Virus record (IMG/VR): IMGVR_UViG_3300021431_000125
DNA from: a virus
Reading direction: 5' to 3' (one strand)
Length of the DNA stretch: 64,000 bases
Of this stretch, positions 9,306-19,461 are shown one piece after another. The notes below the pieces were generated by a model. The model searched no databases and had not been told where the DNA came from. It saw only the letters and a program-made list of their open reading frames with translations. How positions within the stretch are numbered: position 1 is the stretch's first letter; each line of letters starts with the position of its first letter. The position numbers and the translations under genes were made by a program.

Positions 9306-10200
9306 ATCTTCTTATATCCTCAATGTCGTTAATTTCGTCAACAACGCCCTGGATTCCTGTAGCCAGTTCAGATAGCATTGTTTTGAGCTCATCGGTTGAC
9401 AATTTCACAATATCATTCAAACAGTCTAGGTCTACATAATCGTCCAAGTTGGTCTTGTCTGTTTGAATACCTTGTTTGAGCTTTTCAGTTCTTTTTGTAA
9501 AATAATCATGAATGTAGTTCAAGTCATATCCCTTCAAATTTTCTTTGTATTCTGGATATATATCGGACAGTGCGGTATTCAACGCCTCATCAAAAAGCTC
9601 CTTTCCGTAGTTTTCTTCAGGTATAAACAAGCAAAATTTGCGAAATGTAGCAATTGTGTCATGTAAGCTTGCAACATTATTCGTGCGAATCATTGGATAA
9701 TATCTGCTGCCGAGTTGAGAATAAATCTGAATTGAAGTTTTTTCAACTCGGAATTCTGAACAAATCCTGTTTATGCGTTCGACATTGCAGAATGCATATT
9801 CATCATTAAGCAAAACTGTATAAACTGGATGGTTTGACAAATCAAGTGTGTTGTTGATAATATCCACGTCAGTAAACTCCAATCCCTCAACTGGTATACA
9901 GTTATGGAGACTGATGAAAGCATAACCGTTTATCCGAAACAGTTTATACTCAACACCGCTTTCGGTATAATATATGATGTTTGTTCCGAAAACATTTTCA
10001 AAACATTCTTTAATTTGTTCCTCACTAGCCTTGGTAATCCCAAGTATATGATATGCACTGTCATATTTCATATGCCCAATGTCGTCTTTCCCGCCTGTAA
10101 AGAACAGCATGTCTTCTGGAAAATGTACCTCGACGCTGTCAGCGTCCTTGGGATTTAAACTATAGTGTCCAAATTTCAATAAAGTTCTTTTCGTTTTCAT
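9274..10200 (-). CDS. hypothetical protein (308 aa)
   Basis: ORF track. Confidence 0.55.
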   Translation of the reverse strand: MKTKRTLLKFGHYSLNPKDADSVEVHFPEDMLFFTGGKDDIGHMKYDSAYHILGITKASEEQIKECFENVFGTNIIYYTESGVEYKLFRINGYAFISLHNCIPVEGLEFTDVDIINNTLDLSNHPVYTVLLNDEYAFCNVERINRICSEFRVEKTSIQIYSQLGSRYYPMIRTNNVASLHDTIATFRKFCLFIPEENYGKELFDEALNTALSDIYPEYKENLKGYDLNYIHDYFTKRTEKLKQGIQTDKTNLDDYVDLDCLNDIVKLSTDELKTMLSELATGIQGVVDEINDIEDIRRFVKKLPIKNK

Positions 10201-10826
10201 TGTCCGTCTTTTTTAATAAGTTCAAAACTATAAGCATACATGTAAGGATTTTCATCCCAAAACTGGTTTCCGTTGATTTTCTTAATAAGGCATTCAAACG
10301 CTTCTTTGGCTGTTGGAAACCATTGCCTACTGGTGTATTTTGGTGTATGTATATCAAACGCATATTTCGGAAGACCGTTTTCCTCCTGCACTTTATCAAT
10401 GAAAATACCTTCTCTCATACAGTCTTCCTCACTAATATCCTGCAGTTTTTCAAGTTTCACATCAGTGACTCTAAGAAAATGCTGCATATACTGACCACTG
10501 ACAAACATCTTGTTATTCCAGCCTGGTAATTCATGAACAGGATAATAACCAGTTATAGTAATACCGTCAAATGTTTTAGAGCCAAATATAAGTGTGTCTG
10601 GTTCACTGTAAAGACTTTCAATTTCTTTGTATGGCTGGGCAACCCCAAGTACATAATCCACATTATACCACGGTTTCTTGAATTGTCCGTTCCATATCAG
10701 TTCCTGATTCTCATTTTCAACCAGTATCTTGTGAGCACGTCTTCTGGTCATTGTCTTAGTACCGTTAAGTACTGCCTGTTGAAGACCGTATTTGGTGCTG
10801 AACATAATTTTATTAATATTAGCCAT
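10197..10826 (-). CDS. ASCH (PUA-like) domain protein
   Basis: N-terminal IMFSTKYGLQQAVLNGTKTMTRR fits ASCH GxKTxExR signature. Confidence 0.55.
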   Translation of the reverse strand: MANINKIMFSTKYGLQQAVLNGTKTMTRRRAHKILVENENQELIWNGQFKKPWYNVDYVLGVAQPYKEIESLYSEPDTLIFGSKTFDGITITGYYPVHELPGWNNKMFVSGQYMQHFLRVTDVKLEKLQDISEEDCMREGIFIDKVQEENGLPKYAFDIHTPKYTSRQWFPTAKEAFECLIKKINGNQFWDENPYMYAYSFELIKKDGQ

Positions 10827-11739
10827 TGTTTTTATGTTTTAATATATCATTTTTAATATTAAACCAAGCATGGTTAAGCATGAATGGTATATTTTTATCC
10901 GTACTGCCATACAATCCACATGAGAAGAAATCATGGCATTCCAATACCCAAGTACCTTTATTGGTTACAGCAACATCAAGGGTATAAGCCTCTGGTGCCT
11001 CAGTGTATTGGTCAATGAATTGATAAATTCTGTCAGCTTTAGGAAACACGAATGGGTCACCAGAATAATTCTTTACGTCAATACCTTTTCCTTTATATAC
11101 AAACACACGCCATTCTGACTCAATATCTTCCAATATTGTTGATACCTGGCAATTGGTAAATGCTTCGAATGACCTATGGTGGAAAATCTTATGCACTTGG
11201 TAACCATTATGCATTCTGGCTTCCAAAGTCATGTATTTATCATATAAATCAGGAATCACATCATAGAAACCGTTGCGTTCATCCTTAATAGTATCAAGTG
11301 ACTTAACAAAGAAACGATTAGAGTTTTTATCATTCAACGGTAAATGCATGTTTACATAACCAAAGTAATTGTAAACATCTTCACCAGACATAAGATTACG
11401 GCATATTCTACCTGAATACAGTTCAGGCATCAATTGCTCAGGCACGTTAATAGGTTTTGGGAAGTAATCAGTACCAAACACCTGCTTAGCAAATTCTTTT
11501 ACAAATTCAACACTACCGACTGGAGTGATGTCTGTAACATCTGATGCATCTTCATTTTCAGATGACTTATGTGTATCGACAAATCTTTTAATGTTTTCCA
11601 ATAAACAAAAGTCAATATCCATTGCTGACTGTTGTGAACCGCCATATAGCCAACTGTAATATTCACTGAGTTCAATCAAAGTTTTTGAAAAATCATGAAT
11701 AACCCGTCCATGATTGTCTATTTGTATCAAAAATTTCAT
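10819..11739 (-). CDS. hypothetical protein, weak ATP-grasp-like C-terminal pattern
   Basis: WRVFVYKGKGIDV ... YTLDVAVTNKGTWVLECHDF resembles ATP-grasp C-domain; weak. Confidence 0.5.
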   Translation of the reverse strand: MKFLIQIDNHGRVIHDFSKTLIELSEYYSWLYGGSQQSAMDIDFCLLENIKRFVDTHKSSENEDASDVTDITPVGSVEFVKEFAKQVFGTDYFPKPINVPEQLMPELYSGRICRNLMSGEDVYNYFGYVNMHLPLNDKNSNRFFVKSLDTIKDERNGFYDVIPDLYDKYMTLEARMHNGYQVHKIFHHRSFEAFTNCQVSTILEDIESEWRVFVYKGKGIDVKNYSGDPFVFPKADRIYQFIDQYTEAPEAYTLDVAVTNKGTWVLECHDFFSCGLYGSTDKNIPFMLNHAWFNIKNDILKHKNNG

Positions 11740-11761
11740 TATATTTTACAATATTGTGTTA

Positions 11762-12010
11762 TTAAAATTCTTCTAATTTAATATAATAAACATATTTTTT
11801 GTCTGGGCGCTGACCTGCTTCACAAGGGAATGCTCCAGCACTGGAAACGCATTTCCTGCAAATATCCCACCATATACATTTGGTACACTCTTCCTCACCA
11901 CCTGTTCCTTCAACACATTTAACTTTCATTTTAGGCACATTGTCTTCGGTCAACAGAAACACCTCGTTAATACTTGGGCATGTCCATTCAGTTTTAATAT
12001 CATATGTCAT
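11762..12010 (-). CDS. small Cys-rich protein
   Basis: CPSINE...CVEG...CTKCIWWDICRKC. Confidence 0.45.
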   Translation of the reverse strand: MTYDIKTEWTCPSINEVFLLTEDNVPKMKVKCVEGTGGEEECTKCIWWDICRKCVSSAGAFPCEAGQRPDKKYVYYIKLEEF

Positions 12011-12183
12011 ATTCAGGATTCCTTTCTAGATATATTTTTAACTTTTTGTCAAGTTCAGCATTAACTCCATAAGTATACCAAAGCGTTTCACTTAATTCAT
12101 TAAAAGTTTTACAATGATATTTCTTCAAATAGTTATTGAGTTCGTCAAAATTACTAATTAACACATTTCCGTCACTGTACATA

Positions 12184-12576
12184 TTAATTTAAATTAATTG
12201 AATAACCAACAATTGTCAATTTTTCACTTTGTCTGTCATAATAACCCTGAGGCTCTATCCTAAAGTGTTTGTTTTCTATTTCTTGGGTATTTATACCTTC
12301 AGCCAAAATTTTACCTTTCGGTATTTCCGTATATATAGTGCAATCAGCGGTGAATGAATCATCTTCTTTACGTTCTATATGGTCAAGTGTACCGACGGCA
12401 TCTTCCAACAGGAATGGATTAATATCAGTGCCTTTGTCCATATGTACCAATTTAGTCTCTGTATTAGACATATATTCCTTTATAGCCTTATCCAACACTT
12501 CTGGGGATATTATGGCACCATTTCCGTTAATACGGGGTTCAGATACCTTACAAGTTAGTTTAATTTTATCTTCCAT
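12184..12576 (-). CDS. hypothetical protein
   Basis: ORF track. Confidence 0.5.
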   Translation of the reverse strand: MEDKIKLTCKVSEPRINGNGAIISPEVLDKAIKEYMSNTETKLVHMDKGTDINPFLLEDAVGTLDHIERKEDDSFTADCTIYTEIPKGKILAEGINTQEIENKHFRIEPQGYYDRQSEKLTIVGYSINLN

Positions 12577-12578
12577 AT

Positions 12579-13526
12579 TTATTGTTCAAAAGTCTTTATA
12601 TATACTTCCTTGATTGCCATCCACCCTTCATCGTTTAGTTTACGGGTTCCGATTCCAGCAAAGTTCTTTGTTAAAACAGGGGTATCGCTTCTCTCCCATT
12701 TTCCGTCGCTGTATCTGCCCCAAACACATTTATCCTGGTCATAGAAATTGACAATTTTTCCTGTGTCAATAGCCATCTGGACAGCCCATCCTGTACCACC
12801 GTCAACCACTTTGTTTTTGAAGTGACCGACTGCAAATATTTCCTCTGCATTTTTCACCTGCATCCAGTTTCTGGCTAAAAGGTTCATGTATTTGTAAGGC
12901 TGCCTGTGAAGCGTCTCATTTGCCTTTAGAACGTGTTTCTTGCCTTCCTCGAACTCTTCCTCACTAATCTCGTGATTTCCGTTCTCCGTGCGTTTTCCGT
13001 GCCAATAATGCTCTGAAACCACACCGTATTGACCACCGATTTCGCCCCACACGGTATCACTGCCGACAGCGCCGCCAGAATGGTTTACATACGTACCCTT
13101 ATAATTGAGCATCTGACAGAAAATATCATGCCACTCCTCGGAGAAACAGATGTTGTTGGGTACAGGATATGCAGTGAACATTTCAACCATTTCACCCCCA
13201 GTGTAACCGTTAAGTGTCGTCTCGTTTATCTTGTTCCGATAGGCGACTTTAAACAGTTTGTCTGGCATTGACCTGGCTACCTTGTACAGGGTCTGTATAT
13301 TGGAGATAATGTCTTTTTCGGATATGGTTCTGTACCCTTTGATTCTGAGGTCTTTTGTTGGCAATGCATATGAATTCCCCTGAAGACCTTCCCCTATTCC
13401 GTAAACAGCCCCGAACTTTTCTTTGGCTACTTTAGCTGAGCCTGCACCATGCCTGCCCTCTGGATTGCTGCCGAAGACAAATATGGTGTTATTGTTTGAT
13501 TCGATTTCACCTTGATAAAATTTCAT
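12579..13526 (-). CDS. tandem SLOG/DprA-like Rossmann-fold protein
   Basis: two halves each with G-S-x-x-x-G-x-(H/V)G-x-x-(S/A) (IFVFGSNPEGRHGAGSAKVA; VNHSGGAVGSDTVWGEIG); second half continues LARNW...GGTGWAVQMAIDTGKIV like DprA/Smf. Confidence 0.55.
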   Translation of the reverse strand: MKFYQGEIESNNNTIFVFGSNPEGRHGAGSAKVAKEKFGAVYGIGEGLQGNSYALPTKDLRIKGYRTISEKDIISNIQTLYKVARSMPDKLFKVAYRNKINETTLNGYTGGEMVEMFTAYPVPNNICFSEEWHDIFCQMLNYKGTYVNHSGGAVGSDTVWGEIGGQYGVVSEHYWHGKRTENGNHEISEEEFEEGKKHVLKANETLHRQPYKYMNLLARNWMQVKNAEEIFAVGHFKNKVVDGGTGWAVQMAIDTGKIVNFYDQDKCVWGRYSDGKWERSDTPVLTKNFAGIGTRKLNDEGWMAIKEVYIKTFEQ

Positions 13527-13538
13527 AATCTATTGTTC

Positions 13539-13754
13539 TTATATTATATAACCAATCAACAAGCCACAGCCGATACAACCCAATCCCATCGAAACCAGCA
13601 ATATGGTTATGTTGGTGTAGAGCGTCGGGGATATGCATTTCTTGGTTGAACGTTCATATTCCGATATAATCGCCGATATTTTAGCCCGAACGATTGTTGC
13701 AATTATGAAGCACACAAGTGACAACAGGGTTATTATAAAATTAACCATAATCAA
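13539..13754 (-). CDS. small membrane protein (2 TM)
   Basis: hydrophobic 71 aa. Confidence 0.4.
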   Translation of the reverse strand: MIMVNFIITLLSLVCFIIATIVRAKISAIISEYERSTKKCISPTLYTNITILLVSMGLGCIGCGLLIGYII

Positions 13755-14192
13755 TCAGTTTTTAGGGTTATTAATTTCGTTTAGAATTTTCTTCACATTA
13801 GTTTTAAGGTCTGCTGTTCTGTCTTTGTATTCATTCACAAGCCGCTCCAGGTCTTCTGTTCCGATTTCATTTTTGACAATCGCGCTTTTATATTGTGTTG
13901 CCAACAGAAAAGCCATAATTCCATTAGGCAATGGGTTGAAAATGTTGTCCCAACAATCCTGTGTGTTGTATTTGCACCCATCAAGAGATTCATTCATGCA
14001 ACCTTTACACTTGTCGTCAAACTTGGATTTCATCCATGGTTCCAGTTTGCTGACATCCACCGACAGCCTGGACGGGTCTTTCGGAAAATCCTCCAGATAT
14101 TCGTTTTTGTCTAGATAATATCCGTTGAACAGTTTACGGATACGCCTTTTACAGTTTCTTAAACTAGTGAAAAAATCCATAATAAATATCAA
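13755..14192 (-). CDS. hypothetical protein
   Basis: ORF track. Confidence 0.5.
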   Translation of the reverse strand: MIFIMDFFTSLRNCKRRIRKLFNGYYLDKNEYLEDFPKDPSRLSVDVSKLEPWMKSKFDDKCKGCMNESLDGCKYNTQDCWDNIFNPLPNGIMAFLLATQYKSAIVKNEIGTEDLERLVNEYKDRTADLKTNVKKILNEINNPKN

Positions 14193-15025
14193 TTGTGTTT
14201 TAAATACAGGCTTTCATATACATTGTCATGTGTTTTGCCCTTTAGCCGTTTGAATGAACTGTTTCCGCTTTTAATGTACAAATGTTCACTATACAGCTCT
14301 TTCGGTATGTCAATCGTCATGTTGTCCTCACCGCTTACACCATCGTAGCTGAAGGCATATGAGCACTTGGCTGCAGACATGTAGCCGAAAAACTCTTTCT
14401 GGGAAAAGCATGAATCGTACATGCCTTTGGTGTTCGCGTATGGTGGGTCAAGATATATGAAATCATTCTCGTTTGTCGGGTTAATCTGTTTATAGTCAAC
14501 ACACATAAAGACAACATTGTTCCGATTAAATGCTTCCGACCAACCTTCAAGTATGTTTTCAAAAGTCTCTGGTATGATACCATCACGATTCATGTGATAA
14601 GGCGAATTGAACTCGCCTTTTGAATTATAGCGTATCAGCCCGTTATAACACATTCTGTTCAAGACTATGAAATCAAAGGGGTTATGGTCTTTGTTGAATT
14701 TATCCCTAAGTTTGCTATAAAACTCACTTTTGTCGGCGACACTATCCAATTGTTTCATAGCAAACCACATCATTGCATAGTATGCTGACAATGATTTATG
14801 ATTATCTTTAATCAAGTTCAAGACAGAAATCAAGTCTTCGTTATGGTCAGTTAACACATATCTTCCTACCTTATGTTCACTATCCATAAGTGCTCTGGCA
14901 ACAGAACAGCCCCCACAGAAAGGCTCGTAGTAGGTAGTGATTTCTGTAGGGAATTTTGATATGATTTCAGATGCCTGGCTCCTTTTGGAACCCGACCATT
15001 TGATTACAGGTGGAATTGTTTTCAT
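14189..15025 (-). CDS. Dam-family (D12 class) N6-adenine DNA methyltransferase
   Basis: IKWSGSKR, FCGGCSV (motif I), IYLDPPY (motif IV). Confidence 0.85.
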   Translation of the reverse strand: MKTIPPVIKWSGSKRSQASEIISKFPTEITTYYEPFCGGCSVARALMDSEHKVGRYVLTDHNEDLISVLNLIKDNHKSLSAYYAMMWFAMKQLDSVADKSEFYSKLRDKFNKDHNPFDFIVLNRMCYNGLIRYNSKGEFNSPYHMNRDGIIPETFENILEGWSEAFNRNNVVFMCVDYKQINPTNENDFIYLDPPYANTKGMYDSCFSQKEFFGYMSAAKCSYAFSYDGVSGEDNMTIDIPKELYSEHLYIKSGNSSFKRLKGKTHDNVYESLYLKHN

Positions 15026-15360
15026 TAAGCTATTTTTATCTGTTTTTTGCTAACATCTGGTTTTGGGTGTGGCACTTCATCAAAATTCAGTTCATCCAAA
15101 GCATCATATATCTTTTTGATATTTGAAATTGATTCTCTATTTGTACACCAAAGGGTTTCAGTTATTGAGTTACTGCCACTAACTTTATATCTGATATTCA
15201 ATTCTCCAATCAAAAGGTTTCCAACCCTTACACTTGGGTCAAAGAACACATTTGTTATTTCTGGTGTTATTTCAACCAATTCCTGGGAATCATAAGCCTT
15301 TAATTCATCGCCATCATATACTTTAATTATCGTGTCTAACAGTATGTACTTTGATTTCAT
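15025..15360 (-). CDS. hypothetical protein
   Basis: ORF track. Confidence 0.5.
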   Translation of the reverse strand: MKSKYILLDTIIKVYDGDELKAYDSQELVEITPEITNVFFDPSVRVGNLLIGELNIRYKVSGSNSITETLWCTNRESISNIKKIYDALDELNFDEVPHPKPDVSKKQIKIA

Positions 15361-15800
15361 AGTTCACGTTTTGATTGTCTGTCAATATCCCTCTCTTTAA
15401 TATCCCTGCGCTTGTCGTATGTTTTTTTGCCACTGGCAATAGCAACCACCACTTTGCACATGTTTCTCTCATTGATGAAAAGTTTATATGGCACAACAGT
15501 CATTCCTTTGATTTTAACCTGTTCGTATATTTTCTTCAATTCACTTTTGTTCAAGAGCAGTTTCCTGTCCCTGTTGTAATCCTTGACTGTATACGTGTCG
15601 TGTTCACGTTTTGGAGTCACCACCGAATTTTTGAGAAACAACTCATTTCCAACAAAATGGCAATAAGATTCAGAAATGTTGACACGCCCATCTCTGATTG
15701 CGCTGATTTCCGCGCCGTTCAACACAATGCCAGCAATATAGGTATCCTTGAACTCATAGTTGAAACTTGCCTTTTTGTTTGTAATTTCAAATCTTTTCAT
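15357..15800 (-). CDS. smpB: SsrA-binding protein SmpB
   Basis: NKKASFNYEFKDTYIAGIVLNGAEISAIRDGRVNI and C-terminal tail GKKTYDKRRDIKERDIDRQ match SmpB throughout; 147 aa. Confidence 0.85.
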   Translation of the reverse strand: MKRFEITNKKASFNYEFKDTYIAGIVLNGAEISAIRDGRVNISESYCHFVGNELFLKNSVVTPKREHDTYTVKDYNRDRKLLLNKSELKKIYEQVKIKGMTVVPYKLFINERNMCKVVVAIASGKKTYDKRRDIKERDIDRQSKREL

Positions 15801-16246
15801 CTTTTATCTGATATGTCTTTAACCACACCGAAACCGTCTTTCACGCAATTAATCACTAACTGTGCTGCGGCATATATTGGATATTCACTGTAGCATACAT
15901 ATGGAGTACTGTCAGGGGCTTCCTGGTATTGGGCAAAATAAAACGGTGCATCTTTCCAGAAAATCAACCCCTTGTATTCAGGGTGCCATTCGATTAGTTT
16001 ATACTGTAGTTCCGATAGTGTATATGTAGGTGTAAACGGATAATTCATTTGCTCAGCCAACGACTTGTCTTCAGAGACATATTCTGTTCCATCGAAATCG
16101 ATTATCCAATATTTGTTGTCACCCATGGGAACACCGCTATCAACGAATTTCTGCATCCATTCCTTATTCAGGAAATCTTGTTCTATTTTATCCGATAATC
16201 TTAGCATAACACAGCTTATTATATTACAATAACCGAAATTGTGCAA
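15797..16246 (-). CDS. hypothetical protein
   Basis: ORF track. Confidence 0.5.
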   Translation of the reverse strand: MHNFGYCNIISCVMLRLSDKIEQDFLNKEWMQKFVDSGVPMGDNKYWIIDFDGTEYVSEDKSLAEQMNYPFTPTYTLSELQYKLIEWHPEYKGLIFWKDAPFYFAQYQEAPDSTPYVCYSEYPIYAAAQLVINCVKDGFGVVKDISDKR

Positions 16247-16264
16247 CTTTTTCCACGATTCCTG

Positions 16265-16714
16265 TTAATTGATAAACACAGGTTCAGGCACAAAACCAGG
16301 AGATTTTGAACCGTCATCGTATTCCAATAGCTCACAGCCAATAATCCTGAATAGAATTCTATTCAAAGTTTCCTCGGTACAATCTCCATCACCAAGGTCT
16401 TTTCCGCGAGTCCAATCTTCCAATGGTTTAAAATATCTATTTGAACATTCCCCGCAAATCCAGTTATTTTTAACTGTAATAAAATATTCGTGCTTTTCGG
16501 TAAATAGTATTAGTTTATACCTTTTATCCTCTCTAGTTGATTTAAGGATAGCAACCCTTGAATTCCTATCACCATTGAACATACAACAAATTTGTTCAAA
16601 AGGTGTTTTGAAAATTGGGAAATCGGTAATGAATTCATCAACCGTTCCTTCTCTCCACCCTTCTTTGTAAGTATCAATTATCCAACCAGAATCAATTCTT
16701 TCTTGTATTGTCAT
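16265..16714 (-). CDS. hypothetical protein
   Basis: ORF track. Confidence 0.5.
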   Translation of the reverse strand: MTIQERIDSGWIIDTYKEGWREGTVDEFITDFPIFKTPFEQICCMFNGDRNSRVAILKSTREDKRYKLILFTEKHEYFITVKNNWICGECSNRYFKPLEDWTRGKDLGDGDCTEETLNRILFRIIGCELLEYDDGSKSPGFVPEPVFIN

Positions 16715-16715
16715 A

Positions 16716-17180
16716 TTATATTACTTTTAATTTATGTCTATATTCACTAATTATTTCATTCAATATAATGGAGTCGGAAGCGTAATAACAGTCATTTTCC
16801 ACATATTCGCTACCTTTAGGTATAGTACATTTTACTGCCACAAGCCTCATATAAGAACGAGAGGCATATTCATATAGTTGCCATAAGGCTGTTTCTTCAT
16901 TTTTATACGAATGAAACGCTTCATGTACCTCATAGAAATAACACCTATGCATATCATCATATCCAACTCTAAAACCAAGACCTAACTCTGGTTTACGTTG
17001 GTATGTTCTACCAATAGCATATTCGAAATTCTGATATAGTGATTTAAGCACTTCGTTATTATCTTCTGTGATTGTATATGTATAACTTTTTAGTATTTTA
17101 TAACAGGTTATATCTTTTTCCGCAATTTTAATAGCCCTTTCTGGCGTTTGGTGTGGTTTTAATATTAAGCACATAATCAA
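16716..17180 (-). CDS. hypothetical protein
   Basis: ORF track. Confidence 0.5.
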   Translation of the reverse strand: MIMCLILKPHQTPERAIKIAEKDITCYKILKSYTYTITEDNNEVLKSLYQNFEYAIGRTYQRKPELGLGFRVGYDDMHRCYFYEVHEAFHSYKNEETALWQLYEYASRSYMRLVAVKCTIPKGSEYVENDCYYASDSIILNEIISEYRHKLKVI

Positions 17181-17698
17181 TTATCAAATTTTATAGTTTT
17201 CAATATGTTTATTAGTTCCTCATATTCATAGTTACGAAAAGCTGTCATCGCATATGTATGTGGATTGGTATGGTTGTATCCATATTTGTCAATGTATTCC
17301 TGGCATGCGCGTTTTGTAAGGAAAGCACCAGTCTCGTCCGACAATTCACATTTTTTATCAACCGATATTAGACGGCATTGCATATCAATATAAGTCTTTA
17401 TGAAATCGACCACATCTTCGGGCCATTCCTTGTCAACCTCATCCCAGACATTCTTGGTTTCGTCATCGCAGTCTTCAATCCATTCGTCTACATAAGCCAC
17501 AGTTTCTTCCAATGTGTTAACAACACCATCACCAAGATAGATACGTGGTTCACCACATCCATCAGGAACACCTATTTCTTTTTCTTCAATGACACCCCAA
17601 AACACAGGATTGGCATTACCGTCAGTCGGCTGGGTCAAAAGTTCATGCTGGAGATTTTTCAAAAACTCGTATTGTCCTTGTGTTACTTCTATTTTCAT
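17177..17698 (-). CDS. hypothetical acidic protein
   Basis: ORF track. Confidence 0.5.
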   Translation of the reverse strand: MKIEVTQGQYEFLKNLQHELLTQPTDGNANPVFWGVIEEKEIGVPDGCGEPRIYLGDGVVNTLEETVAYVDEWIEDCDDETKNVWDEVDKEWPEDVVDFIKTYIDMQCRLISVDKKCELSDETGAFLTKRACQEYIDKYGYNHTNPHTYAMTAFRNYEYEELINILKTIKFDN

Positions 17699-17943
17699 AA
17701 TTCTATCTTAGTTCTATATTCACTTTTTTTAAGCATTATAACACAACAATCGTAGTTCGTGCCATATAAAAGTGTTCTGTCTGTAACTTTATACATCTGT
17801 TTAGCAATGCATATATTTTCATTGACATTTGGAACCACGTCACTTGTGGTTACAAGAACTTGTTCAATGTCATTTGAATCATCGTATTGGCAATAGAATT
17901 GAAGCCTCATATTATGAATATACAAAAAAATAACCAAAATGCA

Positions 17944-18273
17944 TTAATAAAACCAATAACAATTAATATGGTCTTCAATTGCTGGGGAACTGTCAATATG
18001 TGACCGTTCATACCTTGACATGAACTGTTGGATTTCACGAAGGTTTTTCTTGTCCAAGGTTATGAATTTCAGGTAACACGAATGCGGACCACTATCAACT
18101 TTAATGACAGCCCAAGAATCTGACATCAAATGGTGGTCGACACAGACATCGCCATACTTGTGGAATATGACGTCAAGATGCCGTGCAACCGCTTTTTTTA
18201 TCCTTGAATCAATGAAAGCCTTTAATCTTGTATATGGGTTTATTTTGGACAAAAAACATTTAATTTTCTTCAT
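17944..18273 (-). CDS. hypothetical protein
   Basis: ORF track. Confidence 0.45.
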   Translation of the reverse strand: MKKIKCFLSKINPYTRLKAFIDSRIKKAVARHLDVIFHKYGDVCVDHHLMSDSWAVIKVDSGPHSCYLKFITLDKKNLREIQQFMSRYERSHIDSSPAIEDHINCYWFY

Positions 18274-18387
18274 ATGTCATATACATTTAGTTCCATTGGC
18301 TGTCATTTTTTTCTTTGTACTTGAAATAGCCGTACATTAATGCGGCGCCGATAATCATTCCTACAATCATAATCATGTGTTTTTAAA

Positions 18388-18699
18388 TTATTTATCAAAT
18401 TTAATTGAAAGATTCAATTTGTCTTCTGTTTCAACTGCGGTCAAGGATTTGTTCCATATAAGGATGGTGTCACCAACAATTTCAGTGTGAGTGACTATTT
18501 TCCATACATGGTTTAAGGATACCTTGTTTTTTGATGAAGTTTCCTTTTCAACCTTATGAATCGGAACCATCCCGTTTTCCTGGACAATCATACAGTTTGT
18601 ATCAATAGGTATGTCCACTGGGCTTGCTATTGTGACTACATAACCGTTACCAATAACACATTGGCGGTTTGTTACTTGATATTCATTAAACGGACTCAT
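18388..18699 (-). CDS. hypothetical protein
   Basis: ORF track. Confidence 0.45.
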   Translation of the reverse strand: MSPFNEYQVTNRQCVIGNGYVVTIASPVDIPIDTNCMIVQENGMVPIHKVEKETSSKNKVSLNHVWKIVTHTEIVGDTILIWNKSLTAVETEDKLNLSIKFDK

Positions 18700-18707
18700 T
18701 ATCAGTT

Positions 18708-19100
18708 TTATTTACCGTAATAAAACCATTGAGGTGTTACCACCACAGCGACATAGCCATCATCGCATCCCTTAATACAGTCGCCAAAAACATCACTTTG
18801 AAACCTAAATCCTCTGTCATACGTGCCGTCACCGTCGTATGGGCGTTCCCCGATATCAGCCTTTTTAAGCCACCCCCACACAAAATCGGTTATCTCTTTT
18901 TTATCCATTGTGTAGGGAAACCATGATACTTCATCTGAAGTTTGTTTACTGTCATTCCAGTAAATAAACATCCTTAGACCATATTCTTCGTCTTTAATTA
19001 CCCTGTATCCGTAATACTTGGTATGGTTTTCATCAGCCAAATCGAAGCATTTGGCTAAATTGTCCTTTCCGTTGAGATAGATACTCATTTTACCGTTCAT
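18708..19100 (-). CDS. hypothetical protein
   Basis: ORF track. Confidence 0.5.
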   Translation of the reverse strand: MNGKMSIYLNGKDNLAKCFDLADENHTKYYGYRVIKDEEYGLRMFIYWNDSKQTSDEVSWFPYTMDKKEITDFVWGWLKKADIGERPYDGDGTYDRGFRFQSDVFGDCIKGCDDGYVAVVVTPQWFYYGK

Positions 19101-19108
19101 AATCCATA

Positions 19109-19456
19109 TTATATTTTAAGTGATTGGTGCTTGATAAAATTGTCGACGCTTAAATAAACAGCGTTATTGTTGATAACCAAATCATTCCCACACCAAGTGT
19201 ACTGTCCTAAAATGTTCATAAGGTCATGAAGCTGGAATTCAGTAAGAGTGACTGGTTCTTCAATTCCGTTAATCAAATATTTCTCTGTCCTGTTTCGGTA
19301 AAAGGCAACTGAATCGGACACATGTTTTTTAACATCCCACACCTGGTCTACCTTCTCAAATAGATTCCTGTAATGTGTTTCAATACAATTCCACCCATAT
19401 TGGGTTAGTTCAACCCATACTGAGTCGTTCAGATTCATTTTTATTTCAAGAGACAT
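19109..19456 (-). CDS. hypothetical protein
   Basis: ORF track. Confidence 0.5.
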   Translation of the reverse strand: MSLEIKMNLNDSVWVELTQYGWNCIETHYRNLFEKVDQVWDVKKHVSDSVAFYRNRTEKYLINGIEEPVTLTEFQLHDLMNILGQYTWCGNDLVINNNAVYLSVDNFIKHQSLKI

Positions 19457-19461
19457 AGCTT

